The notes under the pieces: generated by a model
Seen by the model: the letters and a program-made list of their open reading frames with translations, nothing else
Told to the model about the DNA's origin: nothing
Database searches by the model: none
NCBI GenBank assembly: GCA_964016885.1
Contig: OZ024744.1
Span: 93,186,001 to 93,250,000 of the forward strand
From: Eledone cirrhosa
Lineage: Eukaryota
Direction: 5' to 3'
Length of the DNA: 64,000 nt
Shown here: positions 35,736 to 47,399 of the stretch, in pieces
Layout of the letters: each line of letters opens with the position of its first letter
Position numbering within the stretch: the first letter of the stretch is position 1
Program-made: the position numbers and the translations under genes

Positions 35736-35773
35736 CATGTCCAGGAAGTTTTGGAGGGAAACTCTTTAGTAAA
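35736..35773 (+). CDS. STXBP4: STXBP4-like 38-nt micro-exon
   Basis: Branch-like TACTAAT, tttacag| acceptor and AA|gtaagt donor. Encodes HVQEVLEGNSLVK. Phase 0-2 is required to join the flanking exons. Confidence 0.85.
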
Positions 35774-35800
35774 GTAAGTTGGCCTTTGTTGATATTAATA

Positions 35801-36263
35801 TACAGGTTCACAATCTTTTATCCGAAATTTTGGAAACTGAAAAGCTCCAAAAACTGAACATTTTTTTTTCCAGGATGTCAAAGCTCATGTTTGGCGCCAT
35901 ACTTGTCCCAAAACGACCCACAGTCAACCCAGGTCACACAGTTGTCTCAGTGCTCCTACCAGTCAGACACATGTCGCTCTGCTGCTCACAGAAATTTTTA
36001 TTTTTGGTGATTTTTTTTTTTTTTTTTTTTTTTTTTAACTTTGAAGACTGAAAATGCCGGGATCGAGGCTCAAACTCGCAACCTTGCAGCCACGAGCCGA
36101 GCACTCTACCACTGAGCTACCCTGTCCCCCGTAATGTTTTATCAAAAAAATCTTTAAAATCTACGCTAAAACTTTTCTATTCAAAAATCCGAAAAATTCC
36201 GAAATCTGAAAAGTGTCTGGTCCTAAGGTTTTCAGTCTGGTCCTAAGAGATTGTGAACCTATA
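35801..36263. mobile_element. Tc1/mariner-pogo type MITE containing a tRNA-like sequence
   Basis: TA-CAGGTTCACAATC ... GATTGTGAACCTA-TA. Confidence 0.78.
36055..36129 (-). pseudogene. tRNA-like sequence (tRNA pseudogene or SINE head)
   Basis: Minus strand GGGGACAGGGTAGCTCAGTGGTAGAGTGCTCGGCTCGTGGCTGCAAGGTTGCGAGTTTGAGCCTCGATCCCGGCA has a good A box, a degenerate B box and poor stems. Confidence 0.6.
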
Positions 36264-36303
36264 TTGTTGATGTTATTATTGTATTGTTTTTATTGATGTT
36301 GTT

Positions 36304-36490
36304 AATAATAATAATAATAATAATAATGAAATTGTGTACAGTGCTCAGGTGCACTACAACTCATCAAAGGTGCATGTATAGTACATAGAATAATGTACAA
36401 ATGTCAGGAAAATGAACAGTGTATGAGTCATGAAATACATGTGCGTGATATGGAGGGGGGGGGATATCTGGTATAGTGTTGGCGAATCTC
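36304..36490 (-). mobile_element. CR1 LINE 3'-end fragment
   Basis: Reverse complement of 60340-60522. Shorter pieces of the same tail occur at ~17050-17152, 33475-33515 and 50870-50955. Confidence 0.85.
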
Positions 36491-37306
36491 TGTTGATGTT
36501 GTTATTGTATTGTTGTTACTGTTTTTAAATCCTGGCCTACCTTCATTCAGCAAAAATATTATCAATGGTGTCCCAACAATGACTATTGTGTGTGTGTATT
36601 TGTGTTCGTGCATGATTGTTGGGTGAAGAAATTCCAAAATATCTCAATGGCAGGGAGTTTCAGAAGAGGGAGACCAAGAAAGACTTGAGCAGAAGTTGTG
36701 AGAGTTGATCATAAAACACTGAAACTCAGATGATGAACTGGCAAGTAGAGGCATGCTGTGGTGAACCCATGCAAGTAGGAGAAAGCGGTGTTTTGGTAAT
36801 GGAACAGACTGAGAATATATAGTTGGAAAAGATTCTTCAGTCTGGTTAAGAATGTCACGACCTGTGTTAGTATTGATGATTATCATCATCATCACCGTTT
36901 AAGGTCCATTTTTTTTTCCACACTAGAATGGGTTAGATGAGTTGTCCCATTGTCAGACAAGTCCGATCAGGTGACTCTGTCTTGCTCATACAGAACTGTT
37001 TCTGGCTTGGATACCCTTCTTAACACCAACTACATTTAGTGTGATGTCATGATAAAATATACCCAGAACACCCTGTAAAGTGTTAGTGTCGATGGTGTCA
37101 TGGTAAAATGCACCCAGTATACTGGGGCAGGTGTGTGTGTATGTAGCAATATATTATTTATAGTGATCAACTATTATTGTAGTTATCTACACTGGAGCCT
37201 ACTATGTTTTCAAATTTCTACATTATTTGAGACAAAAAAAAAAAAATTTGACAAAGTTTATATTTTTGTATTTAAAATTCTTACCATTCTTCTAATTCTT
37301 TATCAG

Positions 37307-37440
37307 ACTCGCTGGACATCAGGAACAAAGCGGCAAGAGTTCTTCAATTAAAATTAAGAATAAGTTCACATCTCTTAAAAATTTGGCAACAGAAGCGAAA
37401 GACCTTAGCCGAAGTGTTAAACTTTTAATAGATTCCCAAC
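37307..37440 (+). CDS. STXBP4: STXBP4-like exon preceding the WW domain
   Basis: tatcag| acceptor and C|gtgagt donor, phase 2-1. Ends LKNLATEAKDLSRSVKLLIDSQ (recalled vertebrate LALESKELVKSVRALL). Confidence 0.92.
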
Positions 37441-37596
37441 GTGAGTATTTGGTTTTGTCATTTTAACATTCATTAGTTTGGGTGGCACCTTTCTACATTT
37501 AAATTTTTTTTTTTTTTTTTTTTTTTTTATACCTGTTGAGTAAAAAAGAAAAAAAATCTGTGATTTGTAAATATTATTTTAAAATTTTCTCTTTAT

Positions 37597-38215
37597 ATCA
37601 TCATCATCATCATCATCATTATTTTGTGCCGCTTTTCCCTGCTTGCAAGGGTGGAATGGGTCTTATAAAGCACGGCATCTCTGCATTCATCATGGTCCTT
37701 TGTCATCTCCGTGAGTTTCAGTGATCTGAGCTCTGTTCTCACAACCTCCGCCCATGTTTTTCTACTGCGTCTTCCTTCTACTGGGATTTCTTGGCACTTG
37801 TTTACCCAACGGTCATCCTCCATACCAACGCAGTCTTCTCTCCCGCACACTACAACTTATCCCTCTTATACACAGATTCTCTCTCAACTCGTCTATGCTT
37901 GGTCGTTCATGCACATTGACATTGCACATCCAACAGAGCATGCTTGCTTTATTTCTCTCTAACTGTCGCATATCCTCCGCAGTTGCTGCCCATGTCTCAC
38001 TACCATGCAGCATCACGCATCTCACACAGGCATCATATAACCAGCCTTTCGTACGCAAGGAGAAACCCATCTTTGTCAACAGAGGAAGCAGCTCCCTAAA
38101 CTTCTTCCAACCCGTCCTTATTCTAGATACTGTGGCCTCGGAACACCCTCCTCCCTTGCTAATCTGATCACCTAGGTATCGGAATCTATCAACCACCTTA
38201 TAGGTCCTACCCGCA
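37597..38215 (-). mobile_element. RTE LINE 3' fragment
   Basis: ORF 37813-38196 VDRFRYLGDQIS..GWKKFRELLPLL..LHGSETW..RRLRWYG, with a (GAT)n tail. Confidence 0.9.
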
Positions 38216-38404
38216 TTTGAAAAATGTGTCTATCACTGCGACTTCTACTGTCAAATTTCCCTGTACATCTACTACATATATTGTTTTCCCTATAGCTTGC
38301 CTGTTATCCCACTACATCTCTTGTGTACCCAAGATCTGCATTGTGTACAATTTATATATTTATTTTTATCATTCATTGGTTTGGCACCTTTCTGCATTTT
38401 AATT

Positions 38405-38770
38405 TCTTACTTTCTTTTTCTCCCACTTATTCCTGAGAGGGTTGTGGGGGCAGTCCTGAAACATTCCTTCCAGCGGGTCCTGTCAGAAGTAACCATCTCC
38501 AACTGATCCGGCTGGATCCCCAAGCAAGACCAGCCAAACTCATGGATGTTACCCAACCATCTTGCCCATGGTCTACCCCTGGGTCTCCTACCTGTTAGTT
38601 TTGCCCGTAAAATCTGACAAGCAATTCTTTGCTGAGACATTCTAACCACATGCCCATAGTATCAGAGCTGTGATCTCTCAATTCGGAGAAGTAGTGGCTC
38701 CACCTGGAGTGACTCTCTGATCTCCGAGCTATGCACTTTATTGAGTAATGTTACTACAAAGACCCTACGG
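38405..38770 (-). mobile_element. Second RTE-like family, 3' fragment
   Basis: GHVVRMSQQRIACQIL..GRRPRGRP..RW. A related copy lies at ~54350-54580. Confidence 0.78.
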
Positions 38771-38897
38771 AATTTCTTACCTGTTGAAGTAAAAAAAAAA
38801 AAAAAATCAAAAAAAATCTGGGAATTCTAAATATTTTTTTTTATTTTTTCATAATTTATTTTAATTTTACTTATAATTGTTGTTGTTGTTATTGCAG

Positions 38898-38955
38898 CTT
38901 TACCATATGGCTGGGAAGAAGCATATAGTTCAGATGGATTGAAATACTACTTAAA
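38898..38955 (+). CDS. STXBP4: STXBP4-like exon, WW domain N-terminal half
   Basis: ttgcag| acceptor and AA|gtaagt donor, phase 1-2. Encodes PLPYGWEEAYSSDGLKYYL. Confidence 0.95.
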
Positions 38956-39049
38956 GTAAGTATTATTGCTTTTGTTGGGCTTCATAAATTATGAAGAAAC
39001 CCACTACTGCCATCATCGCTAGCGTCACTACAACTGCTACAATCATATC

Positions 39050-39425
39050 ACCATCACTACCACCACTATCATCACTACCATCACTACCACCACCATTATC
39101 ACTCACTACCCCTACCATTGTCACTACCCTCACCATTGTCACTCACTACCCCTACCATTGTCACTCACTACCCCTACCATTGTCACCACCCCCACCATTA
39201 TCACTCACTACCCCTACCATTGTCACTACCCCCACCATTATCACTCACTACCCCCACCATTATCACTCACTACCCCTACCATTGTCACTCACTACCCCTA
39301 CCATTGTCACCACCCCCACCATTATCACTCACTACCCCTACCATTGTCACTACCCCCACCATTATCACTCACTACCCCTACCATTGTCACACCATTATCA
39401 CTAACCCCACCATTATCACTACCCC
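39050..39425. repeat. C/A-rich minisatellite, 21-25 bp units
   Basis: Repeated CACTACCCC(T/C)ACCATT(G/A)TCACT. Confidence 0.9.
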
Positions 39426-39774
39426 CCCCCCCCCCCCCAAACACTGTCACTGCTGTTTAACATCTATTTTTCATGTTTGCATGGTTTATGGACAATATTA
39501 AAGAATTCAACCCCCCAAAAGCTTTTACAAAATGGGAGGCATCATGTAGAAATAGAAAGCATTGTAATATTTTTGTGATACTAGATAAAATGGGGAATTT
39601 TATATTAATTTCTTAGTGAAATTAGTTTTCACTGTTTAACGTACATTTTTCCATGCTAGCATGGGTTAGACAAGTTGTCCCATCATGAGACATGTCAGAT
39701 TAAGTGACCATGTCTTGTTCATACAGAACTTTCTGGTTTGGTTTCTATGGTTCGATACCCTGCCTAACACCAAC

Positions 39775-39990
39775 CACATTTACAGCGTGGACTGGGTGCT
39801 TTTTGTTTTGACACCAACACGACCACTTTACAGTTTGGACTGGGCACTTTTTGTTGTGAGACCAATACATCCACTCTACAGTGTGGACTGGGCACTTTTT
39901 GTTGTGAGACCAATACATCCACTCTACAGTGTGGACTGGGCATCTTTTTGTTGCAACACCAACACAACCACTTTATAGTGTGGATTGGGC
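39775..39990 (-). repeat. ~49-bp tandem repeat within an RTE-tail fragment
   Basis: TACAGTGTGGACTGGGCACTTTTTGTTG.. four times. It is the reverse complement of the unit type at 4745 and 18195. Confidence 0.85.
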
Positions 39991-40361
39991 GTATCAAGAA
40001 GAGCATCCAACCATAGAAACCAAACCAAAATACAGATCCAAATGAGCATAATGTGATCTCTGGACCTGACTTTCTTCATAACGTGATAATCCATCTAACT
40101 CATGCAAGCATGGAAAATGGACATTAAATGATGATGATGATGAATATAATTCAATGTAGTGGTATAATTTCCCTTGACTGTTGTAATTCTACTGCTTATT
40201 TAAATAGAAACCCTTTAACCATTTAATATGATGGTGGTTTTATTTCATAGAATTAGTGTCGGTTTTTGGCAAGGTTTGATATACAGAAAGAGTTAATTTT
40301 TACATTGTGATTTTCCTTTTTATATTTATTTATTTTCCTTTTTTAATTTCTCCTCTTTCAG

Positions 40362-40539
40362 TCACATAAATCAAACAACAACTTGGTCACATCCTTTGTC
40401 TGGAACTCAGCAATTCCCATCCACTGGCAGTTATGCTCAGGTGTCTCAAACAACCAGTAGCACGACCCCTTCAAGTGCTTCAAGAACTAAAGCCCTTCCA
40501 CAACCTGGACCAAGCATTTTGAAAGAAACAAAGAATTAA
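40362..40539 (+). CDS. STXBP4: STXBP4-like terminal coding exon (WW C-terminal half, tail, stop)
   Basis: ctttcag| acceptor, phase 2. Encodes NHINQTTTWSHPLSG...ILKETKN* with TAA at 40537-40539. Confidence 0.93.
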
Positions 40540-40981
40540 TATCCTACTTCCTTATACAGCTTTTTTTTTTTTTTAATTAGCGAACCAGCTTGTTAATGTT
40601 ATAAATTTAAATTCATATTTAAATGGAAAAAAAACCCCAAAAAACAAAGCAAACACCCTTTTTCAATTAATATCTCTACATCGGGATGATAAAGAACCAT
40701 TATAATGTTTTAGTTTTTATCTTCAATAATGGAAAATATATTTATGAATTATGAGTAAACTTATTTAATAGACTTTTGTTCATAAAATTGATATTATATA
40801 CACATTTAAATCAATTTATTTTATATTGCAATTTGAGACTAGTTTTTGCTGGCTCATTTTACTGCCAGCAAGAACAAAGTTCTCCATAAAGAAAAAGAAC
40901 TTTTGACTTCCAAGCTAGTCTGTCTACCAAAGCCAATTTCTTGAAAAGTACACAAAGTAGAATTATGACCTGCGGTAATTG

Positions 40982-41545
40982 CATCATCATCATCATCGTC
41001 ATTTTTACATCTACTTTTCCACGCTTGTATGGGTTGAACAGGTCTTTTTCAGCACGGCATGTCTCCACTTGTTGCAATCCTTTATCATCTCATTTGTGAG
41101 TCTCAGCGATTTGAGGTCAGCACTCACAACCTCTGCCCAGGTCTTTCTTGGTCGTCCTCTACTGCAATTTCTTTCCACTGGCATTTCTTCACCCATTGGT
41201 CATTGTCCATGCGCATCACATGTCCGCACCAAACAGTCTTTTCACCTGTACACCACATTGGAGTTCCCTTAAACCCAGTTTCTCCCTCAGTTCATCCAAG
41301 CTCTGCCTTTCTCTCACATTTACATTGCACATCCAACGAAGTGTGATTGCTTCATTTCTCTTCAGTCTACACATGTCCTCTGCAATCACTGCCCATGTTT
41401 CACTACCATGCAGTATTGCACTTCACATACAGGTGTCATACAGCCTTCCGTTTGTTGTCAGCAGTGGGAGTAGTTCTCTAAACTTCTTCCATCCTATCCT
41501 TATTATAGTTATTATACTCTCGGCGCACCCTCTTCTACTACCTTA
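40982..41545 (-). mobile_element. RTE LINE 3' fragment
   Basis: GRPRKTWAEVV..DL motif, LHGSETWA-like sequence and a (GAT)n tail. Confidence 0.85.
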
Positions 41546-43574
41546 AAAAGCCCTTCAAACTTCCATCGATTAAATATGATTTACCAAATAGGATGCAATG
41601 AAAACTACATTGACAGCATGATTCAGTTGTCCAATGTAGCTTAGGCTAACAGGCAGATAGAAGTATATGGTGCTGAGACTGGTGGTTGGCCTTGCTCCAT
41701 TCCAGTCTATTAATAAATAGGTATAGTCAGAGGTGCTTCCTCAAAGTTCCGTGGCTTAGGTACTATAAATTTGAATGGAAACTCCACTATTCAGTTGTGG
41801 TGTTCACAAGCCCCCCAGCTGTCAGAATGTTATTGACTGGATGCCATTTGGAGGGAGAATTTGCCTCAAGGACTGAAATCAATAATTTTATTGTCTCTGA
41901 GCTCTCCTGTTCTGTGTTGGCTGTTCATGTTAAGAGAAACACTGATCGCCAATTAGTTATCTGCAACCTATCACTACCTAAAGCCAAGAAAACCCAGATC
42001 AACTGGAGACAGGACTTGTTGGAAAATGTACTTGAAGACTGTCACCACGACTCTCCCAGAAATATGTGGGGGCAAAGAAGACAGCTATTAGTCCAGGTGT
42101 TGTTAACTTGATTTGCATAGGTGTCACTCACATAACCTTAGAGTAAAGCCTGTCATCAAGGTGTTGGTGTGTTAACTCTTTGTAAACCTCTCTAGTGTTG
42201 ATACAGAATTCCTTTCCCTTGTCAGAGAGGAGGTAGACAAGGTTCTTTGATCCTGGAAAGATTATGGTGTGGGTTATTCAGTGAAATGTTTGATAGGGAG
42301 TGTTTTAGTCTTATAAGTTTACTGTCAAGATCATGGTGATTGGTTCGGCAGAAATAGGCTTCAGATGTCTCGAGTCTCACTGGTGTGTTAAGATGAATTT
42401 AGGACTTAGCAGGAGGGCATTTCAATCTCAGTGACTGAGAGGAATCTGATTAGGTTGGTGATGAGATGTTCCATGTAGTTGACTTGTGGATCAGTGTTGG
42501 TTTGATGGTTACCATTCCAGTGGTGTTCAGTTGTCCATGGTGGAATCCCAGTCCTTATATCTGTTAGTGTTGATGATGATGATGTGGTGGGGAGACAGAC
42601 TGACAGATGTTGTGGTTGCATGAGTTATGGAACCATTCAAATTTCCATCATTTCAGTCGTTGCTTTTTATGCTGGACCCAGATGTAGTAGTTCTTGTCGA
42701 TTACTGCAATTGTTTTCTAGTGCTGGTTGTCTTGTGTTAACGCCAGTAGTCGTATCTGTTCATGGCTGCATGTATATATGAAGCTAACTGATGGAGATGT
42801 CATATCGTAAGAACTTCTTGATACAGATGTGGTTTATGTGGTTTGACGTGTTAGTGATTTAGGGATTACATTGTGCTTCAAAGAGGAAGGAAACTGACTT
42901 TATTATAAAGTATTAAGAAACTCTTGAGAGAAAGAGAGAGCTTGACAGTAGGTCCTCAGAGAAGGAGATCCCCTTATCCTTGATGCACGTATTTCGGCCC
43001 TTAACATCTTACATTCTAAGGGAGCCAAACCACATCCATGTCATGACACCAGGGTGTCTACTTCTGTTGATACCTTTTAATCACTTGGATATCGGAAAAT
43101 TGTTGGACATTTAAACTGAATGAGGATTCTCTCCTTCCTCTTTGGCAAGATTTGGCTGGAACTGCTTTCCATTGCCTCTGATTTCAAACTTATATTTAAA
43201 CATTCTCTTGAGTTGTGTTAGAAAAATAACATTCGCATTCAAGATAGTGGTGAAATGACAACAATGTCACCATCACCACCAACCAGCATCATCATCATCA
43301 ACACCACCACCACTATGACTCATTAGAGTTCCTTTACTTAATTCAAATGCTATGGCAACCTTCATATGTTTCTTAAGATCCCTTTTATCCCCCTAGATGT
43401 TTGAAGGCTTTACTTAAAATACTGGGGCTCAACAAGATAAGATATGCTGTAGGACTCAATTTTCCTTTTTACGTGTCTTCTAAGAAATTGACTTTGGTAT
43501 ATTAGTTTGGAAGCCAACGTTCTTCCAGAGGAGTACGTGTTCCTGTTGGCAGTAATATAACATGTTGAAATGTG

Positions 43575-43842
43575 TTTATCACACACTCACACACACACAC
43601 ACACACCATGCACTACACCACATGCAGCACAGCACACTATTCACACACTACACATCACACCACACACCATACCACATAGCACTACGCACACACCATGCAC
43701 TGTACCACATGCAGCACACAACACACTACACCGCACCACACACACACACCTCACTATATGCTACACTGCACTCACACCACATAGTGCACCACACACTGTA
43801 CACCACACCACACACTGCACCACACACTGTACACCACACTCA
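43575..43842. repeat. Degenerate CA-rich simple repeat
   Basis: Read directly. It gives spurious His/Thr ORFs. Confidence 0.88.
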
Positions 43843-44462
43843 TATATACTATCATAGAAGCTGCAAATTGTTGAAATATATTGAGCTAACAAAATCAGAT
43901 GAAGAGTGCGAGAATGAATGTAGAGGAAAGAAAAATAAGGAACCAGAAATTGGTAATATTCATTAATCCCGAATTATATCTGATACATTATCCATTTTCA
44001 GGGGAATCTGTTGGGGAACCTCAGAAAATACCTGATAAGTCTTTTTTTAGGCCTCTGTATGACTTATTGGGTTCCCTACACCCATTAAATAGTCACGTTG
44101 AATTCAATGAGGGGGGGGGGGGTCTATTTTGATTAGGGTGGTGGGTGGCATTAGGCCTCTGTGTGGCTTGTTTTGAAGTTATGGACTTACTGTGTTCCCT
44201 ACACCCACCCAAAGTCACGTTGAATTCAGTTGGGGTCTATTTTGGTTAGGGTGGCTGGTGGCATTAGCTGGCCGGTAGGTTGTCTATTTTAGCATGGGCC
44301 AACAAGCAAATAGAAAATGGTACAGCGGCAGGCAGACATTGGTTGGTAGTTGGTTTGTTGACAATTAGTAACAAGTTAGATGACCAATTCTGGTAACAGT
44401 CTAGCTGTGTTTATATATTTATATTTGTTTATTTCATGGTTTGGTTTGTTCTGTTATGATAA

Positions 44463-45485
44463 ATAATAATAATGAAATTGTGTAAAGTGCTCAGGTGCAC
44501 TACAACTCGTCAAAGGTGTATGTATAGTACATAGAATAATATACAAATGTCAGGGAAGTGAACAGTGTCATGGTATACATATGTGTATGGAGGGGGAACA
44601 TTAGGTGTAATGTTGGCGAATATCGGGAAGGATGCAGTGTCTCGACAGCTCACAACTGATGCAGGTAGTTTGTTCGATGCTTCAGCAACTCTGAGCGTGA
44701 AAAAATGTTTCCGAAAGTCATGGGAACTGTGCTGTTTTCTTACTTTGTGGGCATGCCCACGCGTGTTAGACACATGGAAATCAAAAAGGTACTCAGGGTT
44801 GTTGTTGGCAAGATGGTTAACAATTTTTTGGGTGTTTACCAAGTCAGTTGCCAGGCGTCGGAGCTTCAATGTATCCATGCCCAGGGAAGCAAGGCGCTCA
44901 GAGTATGGTAGATGCCTGATGGAGGGTATTCGCTTGGTTACACGTCTCTGAACAGTTTCCAGGCGGTCAATGTTCTGAGCAAGATAGGGGTTCCAGACTG
45001 GTGATGCAAATTCTAAGTGTGGTCGCACCATAGCCATGTACAGCCTTAAATAGATATCTGGAGAGCGGCTGACAAAGGTCTTGCTTGGTGATGCTAAGAC
45101 ACCCTCGGCTCTCTTGACAATTTTAGAGACGTGCCTCGTCCAACGCAAATCACTGCTGACCGTAATGCCCAGGTCACGTTCACAAGAAGACTTCTTGATA
45201 TTAGTGCTGTGGAGGGAGTATGTGGACGCTGGGTTTTTACTCCCAAAATGCATGGTGGTGCACTTGTCCACAGCAACTTGAGTTGCCAGTCCATGATCCA
45301 TTGCTGCATTGTGTCCAGGTCAGACTGCAAGCAAGATCTATAGTGTTCAGGATCTGTCCTTTTTATCTCAAGGTACAGCTTGATGTCGTCTGCGTACTTT
45401 AGTACCGTGGCATTCTTTAAGTTGGCATCGATGCCATTAATATATGCCACAAACAAAAGGGGGCCAAGAACAGATCCCTGTGGTG
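44463..45485 (-). mobile_element. 5'-truncated CR1-clade LINE
   Basis: QGSVLGPLLF, LKYADDIKLY, ERDLGI, MVRPHLEFASPVWNP, NTRGH..K, RKHFFTLRV, and an (ATT)n tail. Frameshifted. Confidence 0.93.
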
Positions 45486-45804
45486 GTGGTGGCTTAGCAG
45501 ACTTGTTTGTTTGGAGAAGATCTGAAAGGGCTAACAGCTAACCATCAACCTAACCCATACTAACCCAGCAGCAAGACTTATAGACAAAAGCTGTGAACCT
45601 GCTCTCGGTAAATACAGTAATCCTAGTTTTAATTCTAATTCCACTCTTTATTCTTTTTAATTCCATTTTATTTTATTTTAAATTCTAACCCTAACTTACA
45701 CCAGACACTCACTCAAACTCTCTCTCTTGCTCACTCAAACCCTCTCTCGTTCAAACTCTCTCACTCACTCACTCAAATTCTCTCTCTGTGTATCTGACCT
45801 GTGG

Positions 45805-45890
45805 TCCTCTTTGCTTTATGCATATGAAATGCAAGTCTCATACAGAAAACACCTCAAGGAACTGGAGAGATTTTACCAACAATGTATGTG
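45805..45890 (+). mobile_element. Short RTE/BovB-like ORF fragment
   Basis: LLYAYEMQVSYRKHLKELERFYQQC resembles the RTE motif LLYGCETW..YRRH...LERFHQRC. Confidence 0.55.
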
Positions 45891-46129
45891 TGTATCATTG
45901 CCATCATTTAACTTCCGTTTTCCACATTAGCAAAAGGAAATGATCTTAAACGATGACATACACTCGTGCGCACACGCACACATGCATCACATATGCATAT
46001 GCATACTTGCATGCATGCACTCACAAACACATGCACACAGACCGACACATGTATATATGTTTAACTGCCTATTTTTTTTTTTTTTTGTGTGTGAGCGAAG
46101 ATGTTTATCTACAATAGTTTATAACTTTG

Positions 46130-46440
46130 CCTATTAATCCGTATGGTGAGCAAATGGGGTCCCATGTGCTGGCCTGCCCACAGCCCCGCTGGACAGGATG
46201 GAGAAGGCGTTTCCCCGGAGGATGGTAAGGGAGATGAGCTGGAAGATCCATTCCAACTCACGAGGCTCACACCTGCGGCTGGCCAGCTCAGCGTCTGTGG
46301 TGGTGAATAGGGAGGTAGCCCTAGGGCCAAGGACACCAGAAGTCTCCACTGCCAAGGGCATGACCGCGAACCTGTCGGAGAATGACCGGTACTTGGAGAG
46401 TTTGGCCTCCTTCAGCCCGACATGCGACAGTACCTGGAAA
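46130..46440 (-). mobile_element. 3' fragment of CRE-clade (RLE) non-LTR retrotransposon
   Basis: KLSKY..FAVMPLAVETSGVLGPRA..EPRELEWIFQLISLTILRGNAFSIL matches the CRE C-terminal pattern P.A.ET.G..G..A / QR.S....RGNA. Confidence 0.8.
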
Positions 46441-46724
46441 GTCTGTTATTTGTTACAGTAGTTAAACAATCCATTATTAATAGATCCAGCTGTAGAAATC
46501 AAGCCAGAATCAGTTCCCGTATGAGCAAGACAAGGTCAGCCGACTGGACACTGCCCACAACAAGACAACCCGTCTAACCCATGCTAGCGTGGAAGAACGG
46601 ACGTAAAACAGTGATGATGATGATAGTCTGGAAATATTTCCAGTTTACTGAGGTTTATCAAATGTGTGCCTTAGACTCTTTCCAAACTGTTGATAGTCAT
46701 TACATCAATGTTTATTTTTATATA

Positions 46725-47040
46725 GTGAAGGCATGTGGTTTTGTGGTTAAAGTATTCGGCTCAAAATTGTAAGGTCATGAATTCGATTCCCGGCGGTGTG
46801 TCCTTGAGCAAGACACTTTATTTCATGTTGCTCCAGTCCACTCGGCTGGAAAAAATGAGTTGTACCTGTAATTTGAAGGGCCAGCCTTGTCATATTCGGT
46901 GTCACGCTGAATCTCCCAGAGAACTATGTTAATGGCATGCATATCTGTGGAATGCTCAGCCACTTGTACATTAATTTCACAAGCAGTCTGTTCCGTTGAT
47001 CGGATCAATTAGAACAGTCCTCATAACCGATGGAGTGGCT
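46725..47040 (+). mobile_element. SINE family B, long form
   Basis: GAGGCA-type 5' end, B-box-like GAATTCGATTCCC, TGTCCTTGAGCAAGACACTT core. The 3' part is shared with ~29150-29410. Confidence 0.82.
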
Positions 47041-47399
47041 TTAAAAAAAAAAAGTTATTTCTGCTGCTTCTACACATACATAGGTGCCCTCCCTAACACC
47101 AACCACCTTACGCGGTGAACTGGGCACTTATTTTCTCATGCCAACATACATGACAGATTGAAGGCTGCCTCTTGTCATATTACCAGTAAGACCACCTTAC
47201 AGGATGGACTGCATCCTTTTGTTGTTGTGGTAGCAGCATTGAGAAGTTGCAGGGAGGACAGATTTGCAGTGTGTCCAGCTTGCCATACTTGTATGCATGG
47301 GTTGAACATGTGGTGAGTGGGATATTTAGTTGGTGGGGAAAGGGTATTAGACTGGGGAGGGTGGGGAGATCATTGATTGCAGACTGGTGTCCTCCTCAT

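Noticed and set aside
36055-36129. Functional tRNA gene
   Set aside because: Acceptor and anticodon stems pair poorly and the T-loop is degenerate. Kept only as tRNA-like.
38991-39501. Thr/Pro/His-rich mucin-like ORFs
   Set aside because: Minisatellite within the intron that splits the WW domain.
43562-43966. His-rich ORF
   Set aside because: Degenerate CA repeat with no splice or homology support.
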